Origin: Paraspadella gotoi
Lineage: Eukaryota > Animalia > Chaetognatha
Assembly (NCBI GenBank): GCA_051294375.1
Contig: JBJCIZ010000239.1
Location: 5,695,591-5,721,134, forward strand
Reading direction: 5' to 3'
Length of the DNA: 25,544 nucleotides
A program made the position numbers and the translations under genes. Of the stretch, positions 1-10,977 are shown piece after piece. Positions within the stretch are counted from its first letter, which is position 1. The number at the start of each line of letters is the position of its first letter. The notes below the pieces were generated by a model that saw only the letters and a list, made by a program, of their open reading frames with translations, was not told where the DNA came from and ran no database searches.

Positions 1-200
1 AACCGGGTTCAATGTAAGCATGCTCCCTGAGCTTCGGATCAGGCCCGTGTAACACCATTTACAGGCGGGTTAGCGCCCCGTCCCTCTTAACTGCCAGACG
101 ACCACCGGGCTAGAACCCCAGACCTTTGGTTTGGAGGCGAATGACTTGCCTCCGAGCACCAATGCCGCTGATGAACGGTTGGGGATTTTAGTCCACCATA
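1..200 (-). mobile_element. tRNA-like/twister SINE- or retrozyme-like element, copy 1 (cut by window start)
   Basis: Same ~220-bp sequence recurs at ~9525-9827, ~10978-11195 and ~21760-21973, in two distinct flanking contexts. Minus strand has a tRNA-like domain with B-box-like GGTTCTAGCCC, followed by a twister motif. Confidence 0.75.
17..96 (-). ncRNA. Putative type-P5 twister ribozyme, copy 1 (best-preserved core)
   Basis: Minus strand: GGCAGUU AA GAGG GA CGG GGCGC UAA CCC GC C-P3-G CCUGA UCCGAAGC UCAGG. P4 is 39-43/26-30, loop L4 is 31-38, T1 partner CGG is 78-80. Predicted U^A cleavage lies between 72 and 71. Confidence 0.7.
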
Positions 201-229
201 GTTTATTATTTTAGGTTAAAGATTTAGAT

Positions 230-365
230 GAATTTTGGCTTAAGAATTAGGGCATTACGGGTTTAGAGTTAGGGACTAGCAATTTGTTAGAGGTTAGGGT
301 GAGGAATAAAGTTAGGGATTTGTTGATGAACTTAAAAAAAATATTTAGATTAAATATTAAGGTAA
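230..365 (+). repeat. Degenerate TTAGGG-like tract (probable MITE interior)
   Basis: ttaggg/ttagag/ttagat variants. Shares ttttggcttaagaat with ~25486-25501; duplicated at ~11230-11365. Confidence 0.5.
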
Positions 366-924
366 AATTATATTATTATTCATCTTTATGGTACATGGTT
401 TGAGAAAATAAATTTAATAAAATGTAGGAAGCGACTTACGTTGATCGAATCTGATGGAGGAAGAAGAAAAACGATAAAACGTGACCTCTGTCTCTCTCTT
501 CTCTCTCTCCTTTCTATCAATATTACTACTATCTCTCTCTCTCTCCCAAATGGACAAAAATGGAAAAGGCTTCTCAGCTTTGATTTCAACTCGATTCTAA
601 CTCCAGCATAACGGGAGAGAAGAGAGAGAGAGAGAGAAAGAAGAGAAAGAGAGAGAGAGAGGGAGAGAAAGTAAAACCAAATAGCATGTAAATAAAAATA
701 AAAAAAATTGCAAACAAAACAACGCCAGTAGTAAAATTAAACCAAAATTATTATTTTTAACATACTTGTAATCCACAGTTATTTAAGTGTACCGAGGCTT
801 TGCACACTGCTGTGCACAGTGCTTCACACCTCGTCTCTATATTCTCAGGCTCTCTTCGGCTAAAATCAATTTCCTGGAAAAAAAAATAAAGAACTCGGTT
901 TTCCTTGTCCTCTTCTCAGCTTTG

Positions 925-3195
925 ATTTCAACTCGATTCTAACTCCAGCATCTCGATTCCAACCCCATCAGATAAACTTGATTCCAACCCAATCGACTAA
1001 ACTCTATTCCAACCCCATCAGCAAAACTCGATTCTAACTAAACTCCATCGTCTAAACGTCTATTCCAACCGCATCAAGCAAACTCGATTCTAACTCCATC
1101 GTCTAAACCTATTCCAACCACATCGAGCAAAACTCGATTCTAACTCATCATCTAAACTCTATTCCAAACCAATCAGCAAAACTCGATTCTAACTCCATCG
1201 TCTTAAACTCTATTCAACCCCATCAGATAAACTTGATTCTAAAACTCCATCGACTAAACTCTATTTTCCAACCCCTTCAAGCAAAACTGCGATTCTACTC
1301 CTCGTCTAAATCTATTCCAACCCCATCAGCAAAACTCGATTTCTAACTCACCATGTCCTAAACCTATTCCAACCACATCAAGCAAAAACTCGATTCTAAC
1401 TAAACATCATCTAAACTCTATTCCAACCCATCAGCAAAAATCGATTCTAACTCCATCAATCTAAAGTCTATTCCAACCCATCAGCAAAATCGATTCTAAC
1501 TCCCATCGTCTAAACTCTATTCAAACCTGCCATCAAGCAAAAAACTCGATTTCTAACTCAACGTCTAAACTCTATTCAACCCCACGAAGCAAAAACTTGG
1601 ATTCTAACTCCCAATCGTCTAAAACTCTATTTCCAACCCATCAGCAAAACTCGATTCTAAACTTCCCATCGTCGAAACTCTATTCCGACCCCATCAGCAC
1701 TCGATTCTAACTCCATCGTCTAAACCTATTCCAACCCCATCAGCAAACTCGGATTCTAACTCCATCGTCCTAAAACTCTATTCCAACCACAATCAAGCAA
1801 AACATCGAATATCTAACTCCATCATGCTAAACTCTATTCCCAACCACATCAGCAAAAACTCGAATTCTAACTCCATCGTCTAAACTCTAATTCCAACCCC
1901 ATCAGATAAACTGATCTAGACTCCAATCGACTAACTCTATTCCAACCGACCCTTCAGCAAAACTCGATTCTAACTCCATCGTGCTAAACTCTATTCCAAA
2001 CGTACCCATCAGCAAAACTCGATCTAACTCCATCGTCTAAACTCTATTCCAACCACATCAGCCAAAAACTCGATTCTAACTCCATCATCTAAACTTCTTA
2101 TTCCAGACCATCAGCCAAAAACGATTCTAACTCCATCAATCTACCTAATTCACAACCCATATCAGCAAAAACTCGAGTTCTAACTCATCTCTAAAACTCT
2201 ATTCAAAACCCATCAGCAAAAACTCCGATTCTAACTCCATCGTCTAAACTCTATTCAACCCATCAGCAAAACTCGATTCCTAACTCCATCGTCTAAACCT
2301 ATCGCAACCCATCAGCAAAACTTGGATTCTAACTCCATCGTTCTAAACTCTATCCAACCCCATCAGCACAAAACTCGATTCTAACTCCAACGTCTAAACT
2401 CTATTCCACCCCATCAGAAAATCGATTCTTAAACTCAAAATCGTTAAACTCTAAATTCCAACCACATCGCAAAACTCGATTCATAACTCATCATCTAAAC
2501 TCTTATTCCAACCCCATCAGCAAAACTCGAATTGCTAACCTCACCATCGTCTAAGACTCTATTCAACCCCCATCAGCAAAACTCGATTCTAAACTTCATC
2601 GTCAAACTCTATTAAACAACCCCATCAGCAAAATCGATTCTAAACTCCTATCGTCCTAAAACTCTATCCAACCACCATCAAGCAAAAGACGATTCTAACT
2701 CCATCGTCTTAAAACTCTATTCCAACCCCATCAGCAAAAACTCGATTTCTAACTCCCATCATCTAAACTCTATTCCCAACCACACTAAGCAAACTCGAAT
2801 TACTAACGTCCATTCGGATCTAAAACTCTATTCCAAACCAACATCAGCAAAAACTCGATTCTAACATGGTCATACATCTAAACTCTATTCACAACCCTCG
2901 AGTCAGCAAAATTCGAATTCTATCCATCGTCTAAACTCTATCAAAAACCTCCATCCAGCCAAAATCTCGATTCTAACTCCATCGTCTAAACTCTAATTCG
3001 AACCCCATCAGCAAAACTCGATTTCTAACTCCATGAAATCTAAACTCTATTCAACCACATCCAAGCAAAAACTCGATTCTAACTCCATCGTCTAAACTCT
3101 AATTCCAACCACATCAGCAAAAACTCCGATTCTAAACTCCAATCATCTAAAACTCTAATTCCAACCCCCATCAGCTAAAAACTCGATTCTTACAA
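925..3195 (+). repeat. Tandem satellite, 50-bp unit (dimer of 25-bp subunits), ~45 units
   Basis: Consensus CCCCATCAGCAAAACTCGATTCTAA + CTCCATCGTCTAAACTCTATTCCAA; the two halves match at 19/25 positions. Confidence 0.95.
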
Positions 3196-4204
3196 CAACT
3201 TAAGTGATATTTTTATTTTAATCCAAATCCATTTTCACATTCACAAGGTTCTTTTTTTAAAAATATATATGTTTTTTTTTCTATTGTGTTTTGTTGGACC
3301 TTGTTTTGCCAAAATGAAAACTAGGAAAAAAAAATGCGATGGAAAATCATTCCATGTCTGTCTGTCCGTAGGTCTAATCCCACTCATGTAGGAAGGTAAG
3401 GCCCTGTCCTTTAATATACTTATATATCAACTTGTGAAGTCACGTGATTAATTAAAAATAATCATACATGACCAAAAATTCTATGCCGCTATATTTTGAT
3501 GCTCTTTTGTTATATTTTTGGCTGCCGTCGAATCTAAGTGACAACTAGGTGGTCTAGCTTTTTGTTTTTAAACAAAAAAGTACTAAGAATTGTATAAAGA
3601 TAAAAGAAGTTATGGTTCGAAGGCAGTGACTGTTGAACTTTTCATGGAAATACACGTAATAAAAAAGTCACTGGCTGCCCCAACACACATTGGAATCATC
3701 TATTACTTGTTGTTTTCTTTCTTTTTTTTGCCCCGCGGGTTGATAATATTACATAGAAGGGAATTACGGGTGTGAGGCGAAAATAAGAAATTTGTTTTTC
3801 TCGGACGTGTAAATGCGTGGAAGAGAAGGATGATGAGAGGAAGAGAGAAAAGAAAAAAAAGAAGAGAAAAGGAAGAGAAGAAAGGAAAGGAAGGGAAAGG
3901 AAAGGGAAAGAAAAGAGAGGAGGAAAATAAGTGAAAATAAAGAGAAGGAAGAAAGAACACAAAAAATAAATTGCTGAGTGTTTGTGAATCTTGTTGTAGA
4001 AGAGTGTGTGTGAGAGAGAGAGAGAGTTGAGAGAGAGAGAGAGATTAAGAGTTGAGATGTACTGAGCTTTCAAACGACGAACAATTCAAAATGGCAAGAT
4101 CCCATTTTTTTTTTTTTTTTTTGGTTGAAAAATAAAAAAACATGAAATTCAACAAATATTTGATGGCTTTGGGGAAGTAGGGAGGGAGGGAAGAGGGGGG
4201 AGGG

Positions 4205-4240
<36 letters not shown>

Positions 4241-4332
4241 GAGAAGAGAGAAACACTTTTTGCCCCCAACTGGTCAAATGTAAATAAAAAAAAGAAAACA
4301 GAGTCGACAAGAAAAGACGGCCAGGGGAGAAG

Positions 4333-4590
4333 TGAATGAACGATGAAATGTTGAATGAATGAATGAATGAATCACAATGAAATGAATGAATGAATGAATG
4401 AATAATTCAGTTGATGGAATAAATGAATAAAGAATAAATTGATTCGATCGAACTGAATCAATTTTGAATAAAAATGAATTAATTAATTAATTATGAATAA
4501 ATAATTAATAAATTGAATAAATAATCAATCGAAAAATAAATGAATTTATGAATAAAATAAATAGGTGAACTTAATAAATGAATGAACAAC
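4333..4590 (+). repeat. (TGAA)n/(TAAA)n microsatellite
   Basis: Seen directly; also at ~10453-10715 and ~16548-16802. Confidence 0.9.
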
Positions 4591-4739
4591 CGGACCGATG
4601 AATAACGACAACAATGGAAAACGATTTTCAAAAAAACGCGGCCTTAAAAAAAAAAAAAAACAAACAAAAAAAACAAAAAAGAGTCCGAAACCGAATCAAG
4701 AGGGAAAAACAAAAATAAAACGATGAGAATGTGTTTTTC

Positions 4740-5060
4740 TTGGGACGGGCTCCGTTGAAAAACACCCGACGGCGGTCGCCATTTGGGCACACTCAATATG
4801 CGTCGGGGCGGTAGCGGGATAATTTGAGCTGCGTAGCGCGGTTGCTAAATGGCAAGCGGCGCTGAAGCGGCGGTTTACAATGGAAGCTGCGTAGCGCCGG
4901 CTAATGGCTCGAGTGCAGAGGGCGTACGAGGTGCTAAATGGCATGAGTGCGAAGCGTCCTCTTCGCCTTGCGACGTAAGCGATTGTAGCGTGGCTGCGTA
5001 AGCGTTTGTGCTGCGTAGGCTGTTGTCCGCGCTACAAGTCTTCGAGGCGATAACGGAAGG
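4740..5060. repeat. GC/CpG-rich island with repeated GCGTAGCG...AAATGG motifs
   Basis: Several gctgcgtagcgc / gcgaagcg motifs and (t)aaatgg motifs; duplicated at ~16950-17240. Confidence 0.5.
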
Positions 5061-5620
5061 AAGAAAGAAAGAAAAAAAAAACAAGCGCTATTATGGGATT
5101 GCAGAGAGAGAGAGGGAAAGAGAGAGAGAGAAAGCGAGAGAGAAGAGAGAGAAGGAGAGACTTTTAACTTGTTATAGTATAAGTATTAGTATGTACATTC
5201 ATGTCACGGACGTGGACCGGGGGAGTCAAGGGTAAAAGCCCAATGGGGGGAAAAAACATAAGGAAAGGCAGCATAAAGAGGCAAACGCTCTCTTCTCTCT
5301 CTCTCTCTCTCTACTCTCTCTCTCTCTCCTCGTCTCTCTCTCTCTCTCTCAATTCTCTCTCTCTGGACCGACCTGGCCGACCCTCTTTTTCAATCTGACC
5401 TCGGTCCAATCCCTTTCTTTTTTTCCGCATCTCCTACCCAGCCATTTGCCCCCTGCTCCCAACGGCGCCCCCCTGCCCCTACCCCCCTCGACTTCACTTA
5501 GCCGATTTAATCGCCGTGAAGTTTTCGCGCCCGAAATTTATTTTGTCCATAATCTCTGTAAAATGTTTTTGTTTTGTATTTTATAGGTCTTTTATTATGA
5601 AAGTTTTGATGTTATTGCGA

Positions 5621-5635
5621 ATAATAATAATAATA

Positions 5636-5670
<35 letters not shown>

Positions 5671-5740
5671 TATAACGGATAATTAATAATAATAATAAGA
5701 TAAAATAATAAATAATAATAAAATAATAATGAGAGAAGAG

Positions 5741-5771
<31 letters not shown>

Positions 5772-5782
5772 GGAGAGAGAGA
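5621..5782 (+). repeat. (AAT)n followed by (GA)n compound microsatellite
   Basis: Seen directly; counterpart at ~18725-18846. Confidence 0.9.
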
Positions 5783-6477
5783 GTCAAAGAATTCGACCCG
5801 CGGGGACTTGGTTTTTGTGAACGTGCCAAACAAAAATTTTTCAGCGACAAGACTTTTTGACCGATTCACGTTTATTTTTCTTGCTTCCTAGTCCGTTGAT
5901 CGTTTTGTTTTGTTTATAATTATTTATAGGTATTAAAATATAGGTATTTTATTTTTAAACTTTTTTGCAATCTAAACCTCCTCTAAACCTTTTTCTAAAA
6001 CCTCCTCTAAACCTCCCTGATTGCTCATTTTGAGAATTGTAAAGACAGAAAAGCCAATAGGGGCAAGCTTTGCTTGATAAATAAAATCCTATCCGTCTAT
6101 TCCCTGCGGTATATATGGAATAACAACTTTGGTCTTTGTCAATTCTTGTCAGCCTTTTTCGCATGTAGTTGTCGGCCATGACGTCGTCGAGAGTGATCAG
6201 CATTCTTTGTCTTTGTCGTCGATCTGTCGTCGTCGTCGTCTTCGCTGAGAGGCAGAACGGCGTCAGCAAATATAATTGAAGGAAAACTGAAAAAAAAAAA
6301 TAGAAAAAGATAAAACAAACGAAAAACAGACAATACTGAAGCCAAAAAAAAAAAAAACAGAGAAAAACAGAAAAAAAAACATAGAGAGAAAAACAGAAAA
6401 GATCGAATTTTTTCGTCGAAAAATTCGCCGATAGCTTCAAGCTGTCGTGTCCGTTGCTGTCGTCCTCGTCGTTTTTG

Positions 6478-6572
6478 TTGACTTGACTTGAACTTGAACT
6501 TGACTTGAATTGACTTGACTATGACTTGACCTTGACTTGACTTGACTTGACTTGAACTTGCTTGACCTTGAC
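6478..6572 (+). repeat. (GACTT)n pentanucleotide microsatellite
   Basis: Seen directly; near-perfect counterpart at 19778-19866. Confidence 0.92.
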
Positions 6573-7011
6573 AGGCCATTCGTCACCAGGGACTAACTCA
6601 CTCTCAAAGCTGAAACAGTGCTTTGAGAGGCTGCAGCCAGAATGTCGTTTAAAAAGGGTGAGGAAAAGATTAGAAGTGAAGAGAGAGGGAGAGAGGGAAG
6701 GGGAAAATTGAAGGGGAGGAAGAGGGGAGAGGTGAGATCACTGATCACTAATTCACTGACCAGGTCGGCTGGGCCTGGCCCAACCTCCGTTACTCAAAGA
6801 ACAGATCAGAGATTCAGACCTTTCAGGGCTTTTCCTTCGTTTTTCGTCACCGTCGTTCCGTCGTCGTCGTCGTTTCAATTCTTAGTGGACGTTTTGTTTC
6901 ATTTGAAGTATAATCATTTATAATGCATTTTATAATCATTTACTTTCAGCATTCGGCTCCCTGACTGGAATTTCCATCGGTCGTGAGCAGCAGCTTCTTC
7001 AAAGTTCAATC

Positions 7012-7072
7012 CATCATTCATCAATCGGTCATCATCATCATCATCATCGTCAATCATCATCAATCATCATCG
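7012..7072 (+). repeat. (TCA)n microsatellite
   Basis: Seen directly; counterpart at ~20291-20348. Confidence 0.85.
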
Positions 7073-8319
7073 GCATAAATTTCTATTTTTTTTTTTTCCC
7101 AAAATTTGTTCATTGTTATCACGTGACTTCTGGGTCACTTCTTTGTCCCTGACGTTTTAGTTCTCCATCTTTTATGGAGTCTACGTCGTTCTAGAAATCG
7201 AGAGGAGACTTTTTCATGGAGATTTTCGTTGGAAATTCTGACTAACCAAATAATGTCAACGCCCGCTGGGGAAAAATTCAGTAAAAAACATGATGTTAAG
7301 AAAACACCGATTCCGATCCTGTTACATCTAGAGAGGGCTTCGCATTTTTTTCTATTGACAAATTAACATCATTTTTGACATCGAACAATTCGATTTCAAA
7401 TGGACTGGTCCGGACATCGGAAAAATATTTTTGAACGGGAGGCAAATTTTTTATAATATAAAATAGGGATTTCTCAAATTCAATACACAATGTCAACGCA
7501 TTTAAGAGGTATGTTGTCAATTTTACAAATAAAAACTTCAATTTCAGGAATCGCGATAGCGAAATAATGTCTGAAGGGCCTCAAAATTTTCCTTTACATT
7601 TCATTTGGTTATTTAATATGATACGAGATCATGTTAAAAGTGAATAGTCCATTGGTGAAATTTTTTATTTAAGTAAAAATAGTAAAAGAGGAGGCTAACA
7701 TCGGGGAATTCTAAAGAGTTTTCAACCGGGGGTAGTCAGATTCGGGAAAAAATCTTTATATGGCGAAATCTTCCAAAGAGGGGGTGGATTTTTCCGAAGA
7801 TTTTGGGTTAATATTTTTCTATATTTATGGGTCGGATTTTTTTTGAAACTTTAAAAATAGCATATTGCCATCATTTAACATTGGCCGGTCAAAGAATATA
7901 TTAAAAAACCTCTGACTTTATTTTCGTCAAGCTTAGTCCTACTACTACTTTTCCACTTCAAAACGGTTTAAAACCAATTCTGCAGTCATGTGTCCTATTT
8001 CCTTTCTTTCTCTATCTGCTCTTCTCTCTCTCTCTCTCTTCTCTCCCATCTCTCTCACCTTAATTTCTCTTTAACATTCACCACTGTACTCAATACAATT
8101 CCTCACTCCCTTTCCTTCTCCTCTCCCTTTTATTTTCCCCATATCATTACACCATACGACAGAATTCTTGGTTCTGATGGGTGTTCGTTTTGATATCACT
8201 TTTTCCTTTTTCTCCTATTTGATTTCTACGTGCCCACGATTCTCTCTGCCATACCTACGATGTCATGAGTCACCGTCAATGATCCCACGGAATCTGCAAA
8301 AACTTCCGCCAATGAAGGA

Positions 8320-8794
8320 AGCATATTTTTAAAGAAACGCCCTGTTTAATGACCTAATTCGGAATATTAGGTTTAATTTCTTTTAATATTTTAAATGGGT
8401 TGGAAGTTAGACTGTTAGTAGATTAGTGATTAGAATTAGTGATTAGATATTAGTCGAATGATATGAGTTATGAGGAGTTAGGGGTTAGTTATTAGTTATT
8501 AGATGAAAAATTAGGGGGTTTAAGTTAGTGGGTGTGAAGGTTGAAGGGTTAGAAAAAATTAATATTGGTCAGGAGAAGGTACATTGTAGGGTCATGCCGA
8601 GGTTATGTGGACTTTGTAGCTATATGATGTTGAAAGATTAGGAAATGTTCTGGGAAGATCGGTGGTTAACTTAAAATTCAAGAGAAAAATATTAAGGTTT
8701 AATATATCAAATTATAAAAAAGATAAGAAAGTCAAATTCCAGGCGAATTGAAAGCAACAGAGCATGGGGTCGCCACTCTGAGAAGCAGAGAGCC
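8320..8794 (+). mobile_element. MITE-like element with TTAGGG-like interior
   Basis: Ends in ...ccactctgagaagcagagagcc, similar to the right terminus of the 23862-24042 element. Interior has ttaggg/ttagtg repeats; noisy counterpart of 20704-21076. Confidence 0.55.
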
Positions 8795-9099
8795 ACTCTT
8801 TAACCCCTCTTCCCCCGTTCTCCACCTCCCCCACCTTATACCCAATACGATCCCTCCCTCTCTTCGGAGAAAACAAAACGTGTTTTTCTCCGCCTTCAAA
8901 AAAAAAATTGTAGAAATTCGATGGAATATTTTTTTTTTTGTTTTGCGCGGAGAATTTGTCCGGTTCGTCGCGTCTTATGGAAAACCCCACTTTTTTAATT
9001 TTTCAATTTTCTTCCATTTTTCCCTTCACTGTTTTTTTTAATTAATTTTTTTTTTTGTGTATTTTTGTCCTGAAATTTTGAAGTCAAATTTTTTTTTTT

Positions 9100-9397
9100 G
9101 GCTCTCTTTATCATTTAGGGCCATTATTTAATTTTTACTTTTAAAACATTTAACCGGAAATATATTTTTAAAACTTGTAAGCAATCGTCTTAAACTCAGA
9201 TTCCTATTCCCAAACCCTAAACTAATCCTTAACTCTAACCCTAATACCCTCATACGTAATCTTTACCGTCTAAAATGCTTATGTTTCATTTAACCCAAGT
9301 CCCCCTATATAATGTTCATCACTAACCTAATCCCTCGCCTAATATTTAACTTTAATTCCGAATCAAAGATAAAAGGGACATTCTGAGAAAATAGGCC
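9100..9397 (-). mobile_element. MITE-like element, inverted orientation (CCCTAA-like interior)
   Basis: Starts ggctctcttt and ends gggacattctgagaaaataggcc, with ccctaa/ctctaa interior; counterpart at 21362-21639. Confidence 0.55.
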
Positions 9398-9524
9398 CAT
9401 TTTTTTTTAAATTTTGCTCAATTTCAGAAGTGTTTTTGTTAGTTCGCGGTGTTTCATCATCGGTTATATTTATTGACAGTTTCAAACATTAGTTAAAATT
9501 AGTAAGACAGTAGTTATTGATGAA

Positions 9525-9827
9525 GTGTTAATGACAGAAACCGTTTCAATGTAAAGGCAGGTCTCTTGAGCTTCGCGATCAGTGCCTGTATATCATCCAT
9601 GTACATAGGCGGGTTTAAGTGCCGCTTGTTTCCTGGTCGTGTAGTGCTCCTCCCCGTTACTCTTTAACTGCGCTGGCGACCACCGGGCAGAGAGCGTTCT
9701 GATGTGTGGTGCCGGACCTTTGTTGGTTTGGGGTGTGGGGGGTGAGGGCGAATGACCTGTAGCCCTCCGGCAGTAATCTCTAATAGCCACGGATGAAACG
9801 CTAGTGGAGTTTTTAGTCGCAAGCCAT
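9525..9827 (-). mobile_element. tRNA-like/twister element, copy 2 (heavily corrupted by insertions)
   Basis: Recognisable blocks: gagcttcgcgatcag, aggcgggtt, gcgaccaccggg, ggcgaatgac, ttttagtc. Confidence 0.65.
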
Positions 9828-10293
9828 ATTTTACAGTATAAGTTAATTGATGGTTTTTTGTCTGAAGACTCAATTAAGTCTGCCTGTGTCAAGTCTGAAC
9901 CAAAGTTTGGGGGCCTTTTCGCGTGTCCCCTTCCCATCTTCTGTTGGGGGAATGCACTCCCTCTCTCTCTTCCACCCACGTATCTCTTTCATCTTAACTC
10001 CATACAGTGGGTTCCAATGCTATTGGACCCTGTTAAATTTTAGATATAATGTGTAATGGATAAATGGTGCTGCATCTCCATCATCTCTTGAAATAATCAT
10101 GTCGAAAATAAATGTTTTTTGTCCGTTGTCTGCCGTCCTTCCAATTCTAGCAATTGGTGAAAAATTATTATTCAATAATAACAAATGTTAGCGATTTTGT
10201 AAAAATTCGATAAAAATTATTTTTAAAATTAACCGCGCATTAACTTACCATTAGATTTATCAGTAAATAAGTTTAACTTTTAAAAATTTAAAG

Positions 10294-10393
10294 NNNNNNN
10301 NNNNNNNNNNNNNNNNNNNNNNNNNNNNNNNNNNNNNNNNNNNNNNNNNNNNNNNNNNNNNNNNNNNNNNNNNNNNNNNNNNNNNNNNNNNNN
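10294..10393. other. Assembly gap (100 N)
   Basis: Run of 100 N. Further gaps at 10724-10748 (25 N), 18893-18917 (25 N) and 25188-25197 (10 N). Confidence 0.99.
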
Positions 10394-10723
10394 AAAATGA
10401 TAAATGAGAAAAAAAGAAAACAGAGTCGAAAGGAAAAAAGACGCCAGGGGAAGTGAATGAACGATGAAATGTTGAATGAATGAATGAATGAATGAATGAA
10501 TGAATGAATGAATGAATGAATGAATGAATAAATCAGTTGAATGAATGAATGAATAAATGAATAAATTGATTCGATGAATGAATCAATATTTGAATAAAAA
10601 AATGAATTAATTAATTAATTAATGAATAAATAAATTAATAAATGAATAAATAATCAATGAAAAAATAAATGAATTTATGAATAAATAAATAAGTGAATTA
10701 ATGAATGAATGAACAACCGGACC
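10394..10723 (+). repeat. Gap-bounded third copy of ~4278-4596 / ~16480-16814
   Basis: Shares aaacagagtcgaaaggaaaaaagacgccaggggaagtgaatgaacgatg, the (TGAA)n tract and acaaccggacc. Confidence 0.88.
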
Positions 10724-10977
10724 NNNNNNNNNNNNNNNNNNNNNNNNNAAAAGAGAGAGATTGCAGAAAGTAGAACTGAAAGCGTAATTATGTAAAGGTA
10801 CAATTTTATAAGACGCATATAAGCATTTTTCAAATGAATAGTTATAATATATATACAATATATCTTAATTCCAAAACATATTATAATTTATATATACTTT
10901 GAAGTTCAGCCTTTTTTCCAGAACGCCCAATTTACTTTAATTCAGAATAGTTTTGAGAGCAGGTGATATTTGTTAAT

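Larger units (their letters stand above)
1..10293 (+). repeat. Copy A of a ~11-12 kb direct duplication
   Basis: Colinear with ~10990-22372 (611 vs 12834, 3200 vs 15420, 6601 vs 19896, 9550 vs 21781). Differences are mostly single-base indels. Confidence 0.92.

Noticed and set aside
169-200. Hammerhead ribozyme from CTGATGA at 169-175 region
   Set aside because: No downstream GAAA or stems I/III, and copies 3 and 4 read CCGATGA.
925-3195. CRISPR array or repetitive coding sequence
   Set aside because: There are no unique spacers and no cas genes, and the 50-bp period is not a multiple of 3. The ORF at 13078-13377 is a by-product of the repeat.
6139-6579. 146-aa ORF with QVKSS repeats (also 19559-20041)
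   Set aside because: It is a translation of (AAGTC)n and T-rich tracts, and frames are not conserved between the copies.
9593-10056. Overlapping ORFs across element copy 2
   Set aside because: They depend on insertion errors absent from the other copies.
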